A stretch of 64,000 bases of DNA, taken from assembly GCF_009914755.1 (NCBI RefSeq), contig NC_060943.1. One strand, 5' to 3'. The notes under the pieces are model-generated. The model did not search any database. It saw only the letters and a list, made by a program, of their open reading frames with translations, and was not told where the DNA came from. The DNA is from the human T2T-CHM13v2.0 reference genome, Homo sapiens. The position numbers and the translations under genes were made by a program. Below are positions 57,561-64,000 of the stretch, in pieces; position 1 is the first letter of the stretch, and each line of letters starts with the position of its first letter.

Positions 57561-60500
57561 ATGGAGGCGAACCCAGCGGGCAGCGGCGCCGGGGGTGGCG
57601 GGAGCAGCGGCATCGGGGGCGAGGACGGGGTGCACTTCCAGAGCTACCCCTTCGACTTCCTGGAATTCCTCAACCACCAGCGCTTCGAGCCCATGGAACT
57701 GTATGGGGAACACGCCAAGGCGGTGGCGGCCCTGCCCTGCGCCCCCGGCCCCCCGCCGCAGCCCCCGCCGCAGCCCCCTCCCCCGCAGTATGACTACCCG
57801 CCCCAGTCCACCTTCAAGCCCAAGGCGGAGGTGCCCTCCTCGTCCTCGTCCTCGTCCTCCTCCTCCTCCTCTTCGTCCTCCTCGTCGTCATCTTCGTCCT
57901 CTTCCTCTTCCCAAGCCAAGAAGCCCGATCCGCCCCTGCCGCCCGCCTTCGGGGCGCCCCCTCCTCCCCTCTTTGACGCTGCTTTCCCCACTCCGCAGTG
58001 GGGCATCGTGGACCTCTCGGGGCACCAGCACTTGTTTGGGAACCTGAAGCGAGGAGGGCCCGCGTCCGGGCCGGGGGTGACGCCTGGGCTGGGCGCTCCC
58101 GCGGGGGCCCCAGGGCCGCTTCCTGCCCCCTCGCAGACCCCGCCAGGACCCCCCGCGGCGGCGGCCTGCGACCCCACCAAGGACGACAAGGGCTACTTCC
58201 GGAGACTGAAGTACCTGATGGAGCGGCGCTTCCCCTGCGGCGTGTGCCAGAAGTCCTTCAAGCAGTCCTCGCACCTGGTCCAGCACATGCTGGTGCACTC
58301 GGGGGAGAGGCCCTACGAATGCGGCGTCTGCGGCCGCACCTACAACCACGTGTCCAGCCTCATCCGCCACCGCCGCTGCCACAAGGACGTGCCACCGGCC
58401 GCGGGGGGCCCGCCCCAGCCCGGCCCCCACCTCCCGCCGCTGGGCCTCCCAGCACCCGCTGCCAGCGCCGCCACCGCCGCCGCCCCCTCCACGGTGTCCT
58501 CGGGCCCTCCAGCCACGCCCGTGGCGCCTGCCCCCTCCGCAGACGGGAGCGCCGCCCCTGCTGGTGTTGGGGTGCCCCCTCCTGCCACCGGGGGTGGCGA
58601 TGGCCCGTTCGCCTGCCCACTCTGCTGGAAGGTTTTCAAGAAGCCCAGTCACCTCCACCAGCACCAGATCATCCACACGGGCGAGAAGCCCTTCTCCTGC
58701 TCCGTGTGCAGCAAAAGCTTCAACCGCAGGGAGAGTCTGAAGCGCCACGTGAAGACGCACTCGGCCGACCTCCTGCGCCTGCCCTGCGGCATCTGCGGGA
58801 AGGCCTTCCGCGACGCCTCCTACCTCCTCAAGCACCAGGCGGCCCACGCGGGGGCGGGCGCCGGGGGGCCTCGGCCCGTGTACCCCTGCGACCTGTGCGG
58901 CAAGTCCTACTCGGCTCCGCAGAGCCTGCTCCGCCACAAGGCCGCCCACGCCCCGCCCGCTGCCGCTGCGGAGGCGCCCAAGGACGGGGCGGCCTCGGCC
59001 CCGCAGCCCCCGCCCACCTTCCCCCCGGGCCCGTACCTCCTGCCCCCCGACCCTCCCACCACAGACAGCGAGAAGGCGGCGGCGGCCGCGGCGGCGGTGG
59101 TGTACGGCGCTGTGCCCGTCCCGCTCCTGGGCGCCCACCCGCTGCTGCTCGGCGGCGCGGGGACCAGCGGGGCGGGAGGCTCGGGCGCCAGCGTCCCAGG
59201 AAAGACGTTCTGCTGCGGCATCTGCGGGCGCGGCTTCGGGCGCCGCGAGACCCTGAAGCGCCATGAGCGCATCCACACGGGCGAGAAGCCCCACCAGTGC
59301 CCCGTGTGTGGGAAGCGCTTCCGCGAATCCTTCCACTTGAGCAAGCATCACGTGGTGCACACGCGCGAGCGGCCCTACAAGTGCGAGCTCTGCGGCAAGG
59401 TCTTCGGCTACCCGCAGAGCCTCACCCGCCACCGCCAGGTGCACCGGCTCCAGCTGCCCTGCGCCCTGGCCGGGGCAGCCGGCCTCCCCTCCACCCAAGG
59501 CACACCGGGGGCCTGTGGGCCCGGGGCCTCGGGCACGTCTGCAGGGCCCACCGATGGGCTGAGCTACGCCTGCTCGGACTGCGGCGAGCACTTCCCGGAT
59601 CTCTTTCACGTCATGAGTCACAAGGAGGTCCACATGGCAGAGAAGCCATACGGCTGCGACGCCTGCGGCAAGACCTTCGGCTTCATCGAGAACCTCATGT
59701 GGCACAAGCTGGTCCACCAGGCCGCCCCCGAGCGCCTGCTCCCGCCCGCACCCGGCGGCCTGCAGCCCCCGGACGGCTCCAGCGGCACGGATGCGGCCAG
59801 CGTGCTGGACAACGGGCTGGCGGGGGAGGTGGGGGCGGCCGTGGCGGCACTGGCAGGGGTGTCTGGGGGTGAGGACGCAGGCGGGGCGGCGGTGGCAGGT
59901 GCTGGCGGGGGTGCCAGTTCCGGCCCCGAGCGCTTCAGCTGTGCCACGTGCGGCCAGAGTTTCAAGCACTTCCTGGGCCTCGTGACTCACAAGTACGTGC
60001 ACCTGGTGCGACGGACGCTGGGCTGCGGCCTCTGCGGCCAGAGCTTCGCGGGCGCCTACGACTTGCTCCTACACCGCCGCAGCCATCGGCAGAAGCGGGG
60101 TTTCCGCTGCCCGGTGTGCGGGAAGCGCTTCTGGGAGGCGGCCCTGCTGATGCGCCACCAGCGCTGCCACACGGAACAGCGGCCGTACCGATGTGGCGTG
60201 TGCGGCCGAGGCTTCCTGCGCTCCTGGTACCTGCGGCAGCACCGCGTGGTGCACACTGGCGAGCGGGCCTTCAAGTGCGGCGTGTGCGCCAAGCGCTTCG
60301 CGCAGTCGTCCAGCCTGGCAGAGCACCGGCGGCTGCACGCTGTGGCCCGGCCCCAGCGCTGCAGCGCCTGTGGCAAGACCTTCCGCTACCGCTCCAACCT
60401 GCTGGAGCACCAGCGGCTGCACCTGGGCGAGCGCGCCTACCGCTGTGAGCACTGCGGCAAGGGCTTCTTCTACCTGAGCTCCGTGCTGCGCCACCAGCGC

Positions 60501-60740
60501 GCCCATGAGCCGCCGCGGCCCGAGCTCCGCTGCCCCGCCTGCCTCAAGGCCTTCAAGGATCCCGGCTACTTCCGTAAGCACCTGGCTGCCCACCAGGGCG
60601 GCCGGCCCTTCCGCTGCTCCTCCTGCGGCGAGGGCTTCGCCAACACCTACGGCCTCAAGAAACACCGCCTGGCGCACAAGGCCGAGAACCTCGGGGGGCC
60701 TGGAGCAGGGGCGGGCACCTTGGCCGGGAAGGATGCCTGA
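57561..60740 (+). CDS. ZNF865: Zinc finger protein 865 (1059 aa, 20 C2H2 fingers, 25-residue poly-Ser)
   Basis: The likely start is GAGATGG at 57561, 26 nt after the acceptor (the ORF-track ATG at 57453 is intronic); 20 fingers in 2+4+3+2+9 groups. Confidence 0.95.
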   Translation: MEANPAGSGAGGGGSSGIGGEDGVHFQSYPFDFLEFLNHQRFEPMELYGEHAKAVAALPCAPGPPPQPPPQPPPPQYDYPPQSTFKPKAEVPSSSSSSSSSSSSSSSSSSSSSSSSSQAKKPDPPLPPAFGAPPPPLFDAAFPTPQWGIVDLSGHQHLFGNLKRGGPASGPGVTPGLGAPAGAPGPLPAPSQTPPGPPAAAACDPTKDDKGYFRRLKYLMERRFPCGVCQKSFKQSSHLVQHMLVHSGERPYECGVCGRTYNHVSSLIRHRRCHKDVPPAAGGPPQPGPHLPPLGLPAPAASAATAAAPSTVSSGPPATPVAPAPSADGSAAPAGVGVPPPATGGGDGPFACPLCWKVFKKPSHLHQHQIIHTGEKPFSCSVCSKSFNRRESLKRHVKTHSADLLRLPCGICGKAFRDASYLLKHQAAHAGAGAGGPRPVYPCDLCGKSYSAPQSLLRHKAAHAPPAAAAEAPKDGAASAPQPPPTFPPGPYLLPPDPPTTDSEKAAAAAAAVVYGAVPVPLLGAHPLLLGGAGTSGAGGSGASVPGKTFCCGICGRGFGRRETLKRHERIHTGEKPHQCPVCGKRFRESFHLSKHHVVHTRERPYKCELCGKVFGYPQSLTRHRQVHRLQLPCALAGAAGLPSTQGTPGACGPGASGTSAGPTDGLSYACSDCGEHFPDLFHVMSHKEVHMAEKPYGCDACGKTFGFIENLMWHKLVHQAAPERLLPPAPGGLQPPDGSSGTDAASVLDNGLAGEVGAAVAALAGVSGGEDAGGAAVAGAGGGASSGPERFSCATCGQSFKHFLGLVTHKYVHLVRRTLGCGLCGQSFAGAYDLLLHRRSHRQKRGFRCPVCGKRFWEAALLMRHQRCHTEQRPYRCGVCGRGFLRSWYLRQHRVVHTGERAFKCGVCAKRFAQSSSLAEHRRLHAVARPQRCSACGKTFRYRSNLLEHQRLHLGERAYRCEHCGKGFFYLSSVLRHQRAHEPPRPELRCPACLKAFKDPGYFRKHLAAHQGGRPFRCSSCGEGFANTYGLKKHRLAHKAENLGGPGAGAGTLAGKDA

Positions 60741-61189
60741 CCGAGGGGTTCCCATCCCACTCCCATCAAAAGCCCCCTTCTGGACTCCCACCTCCCAGGA
60801 CTGATCAGACTCTTCCCCCCTCCTCGCTGTTGCCCCATCCTTCAGAACTTCACACGGACTGGCGACCTTCAGGGCGCACGCCCGACAGGCTCAAGACTGA
60901 ATCACTCCCATCCTCGACCTCTCTGCCCTCCCCTCATCCCATCAGACACTGAACCCTATCCTCCGTCCAACCCTCGTTTGTGACCCGCATCAGCCCCCGC
61001 CCCAGCAGCACTCTGCCCCCAGTAAGTTTTGGCGGAGATGGGTCTGAACCGCCCCTCCCCCTCCTTTGGAATCTGGCTGGACAGTGGAGTATGAGCAGAG
61101 TTGGGAGGGCACAAGGGAGTGCTGGGTGCTTTTTGGGGTGGGGGGGTGGGGGGCGGGGTGGCAGACGCGGCTTGTACAGAGCGGAGAAT

Positions 61190-61195
61190 AATAAA
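61190..61195 (+). terminator. ZNF865 polyadenylation signal AATAAA
   Basis: AATAATAAA 450 nt after the stop codon. Confidence 0.8.
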
Positions 61196-61857
61196 TCTTA
61201 CCATGAGGGCCGCTGGAGTCCATCCTTGCATCCCACCCAGGGAGAGTGGGGATCACATGGTGGCAAAGCACAAAGTTAAAACTTGTTTCCTCTGCAGTTT
61301 TGATGCCGGGCGCCTCTGTCTCTCACTCACTCTCATTCAACAGGGACTTACTGAGGATTTGCTGTATTCCCAGCGTTAGTCTGAGCTGGGCAAATGGAGA
61401 TGGACAAGACAGGTAAGTGTCTGCTCTCAGGAACTGACTTAACATGCCCCGACTCTTCCCCTTCCGGATGCTTTCAGCCTTTGTTCACTCCACCACCACT
61501 TCCGGAGACCTCCTGCCTGCCAGGCCCTGAGCTGGGCACTGGGGAAACAGATGAATTGGACGTGCCCCTTGGCCTCAAGTAACACAAAAGAGAACTCCCA
61601 TCCGGCTGCCGTGGCTGCCTCACAACCATGTGCAGACTGATGGTCATGATACAGCTCCCTCTTAGCACTTGTCCTCCAGGGTAATGATTGGGAGATTCAA
61701 AAGCCCGTTCACAGCTCTCATGTTGGCTCTGGGAACAGCAAGATGTATGCCTGGCAATGTGTGTTTAGTTATCTCATTTGTTAGAAGAAGGGCCTGGGGT
61801 CCTGAAGAACAAAGGTGCTCCAGGGACATCTCAAAAATCCACAGAATTTGGACTCCA

Positions 61858-62505
<648 letters not shown>

Positions 62506-62850
62506 GGAAAAAAAGAAACTTGAAGATGAAACTAGGTAAGAGCGCTGCTTGGGTGAGTCCTGTGTGACCCATGGGAGAGCAGCTACCCTGTGTGGCTCCA
62601 TGTTCTAATGCTGAAGACCCAGCATGAGACAGACGTTGTGCCAGTGCCCCCAGGGTTCAGGGTTCAGCAGTAACATGGAAATGGAGCCTCACAGTGTAAG
62701 GGACTTGGAAGTATCACTAGGGCTTGAGGGAGCACAGAGGAGTCACCTGTCAGAGTGGAAGGGGGGCTAGAAAAGCTTCTTGGGGAGAAGGTGATCCCTG
62801 AACGATGACATAAACCAACTGGAGTTTTCCAGGTAAAGAAGTGGCAAAGA

Positions 62851-63231
<381 letters not shown>

Positions 63232-63344
63232 CTATTCTGGAGCATTTAAGACAGATTAGTATGGCTGGAGGTTGGGTTCTTGGGGGCTAAACCCTGAAGG
63301 GTCTTGAATTCCAAACTGTGGGGCTTGGGTGATTTTATAGGCTA

Positions 63345-63580
63345 GAGGCTGGAAACTGGCAGCTGCAAGGCCGAATATGACCACTAACACATTTTTGTTT
63401 AGTCTGTGCATTTTTTAAAAAGTTTGACTTGACTGCCAACATTGGGAAATCAAAAGATTTTACATAATGTGAACTAATGGAACTTCTGAAAGAAACTGGA
63501 AGATGTGGCAACCCAATCTGTGTTCCGGAGCTGAGCAGCCATTACCCTCTTCTGAAGAGGCACTCTCCAATTTGTTGAAT
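63345..63580 (+). mobile_element. MER102-like hAT DNA transposon
   Basis: AAACTGGC..GGCCGAAT..TGCCAACATT..GGAAGATGTGGCAAC..GGAGCTGAGC. Confidence 0.6.
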
Positions 63581-63785
63581 ACCAATTCTGAGACCTGGTG
63601 GCAATCGCCATTATTTCATGTTGCTGATATTTTCCCCTTGAACCTGGCCGTCTTGCTCGTGTATTTACATTTTCACCCAGCTCCTGTAGGCATTCACATT
63701 TCCAAATCGTCTCAAAGCCACAAGGAGCTGTGTCTTGGTGACAAGGATCTGCATGGATGCCATATGGAGAATGAAGAGGGCAGGT

Positions 63786-64000
63786 GGCCGGGTGCAGTGG
63801 CTCACGCCTGTAATCCCAACACTTTGGGAGGCCGAGGCGAGTAGATCACCTGAGGTAAGGAATTTGAGACCAGCCTGGCCAACATGATGAAACCCCATCT
63901 CTACTAAAAATACAAAAATGAACTGAGCGTGATGGCGCCCACCTGTAATCCTAGCTACTCAGGAGGCTGAGGCAGAAGTGCTTGAATCCAGGAGGCAGAG
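63786..64000 (+). mobile_element. Alu, truncated by the window end
   Basis: GGCCGGGTGCAGTGGCTCACGCC start. Confidence 0.92.

Noticed and set aside
57998-59266. 422-aa alternative-frame ORF in ZNF865
   Set aside because: Starts at GTG deep inside the exon; stop codons are scarce at this GC content; low-complexity Arg/Pro/Ala product
57888-60002. 704-aa antisense ORF over ZNF865
   Set aside because: Shadow frame caused by the extreme GC3 of the sense CDS; no domain-like content and no evident promoter or poly(A) signal

Overview
Primate (almost certainly human) genomic DNA matching the KRAB-less C2H2 zinc-finger cluster of chromosome 19q13.42. It holds four intact genes: ZNF579 (- strand, 563 aa), FIZ1 (- strand, two coding exons, 496 aa), ZNF524 (+ strand, 264 aa) and ZNF865 (+ strand, 1059 aa). 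Each appears to have a short non-coding first exon in a GC/CpG-rich promoter, the ATG within 2-38 nt of the exon-2 acceptor, and an AATAAA signal. FIZ1 and ZNF524 share a divergent CpG-island promoter. The rest is very Alu-dense (about 60+ elements or fragments), with old L1, L2, MIR, MaLR LTR and DNA-transposon relics and long simple repeats; most short ORFs in the track are Alu or low-complexity artefacts. I see no clear evidence of a wholly new biological system. The best leads are: a spliced 104-codon overlapping uORF in ZNF524 whose ATG lies inside an octamer motif; a 396-nt AG-exclusion zone and an MSR1-like array in the ZNF579 intron; strand-polarised GC-box+TTA arrays around the FIZ1/ZNF524/ZNF865 promoters; an orphan promoter-like element near 31 kb; two old local duplications; and a candidate exon just past the ZNF865 poly(A) signal. 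Gene and repeat names come from recognition and memory, not database searches.
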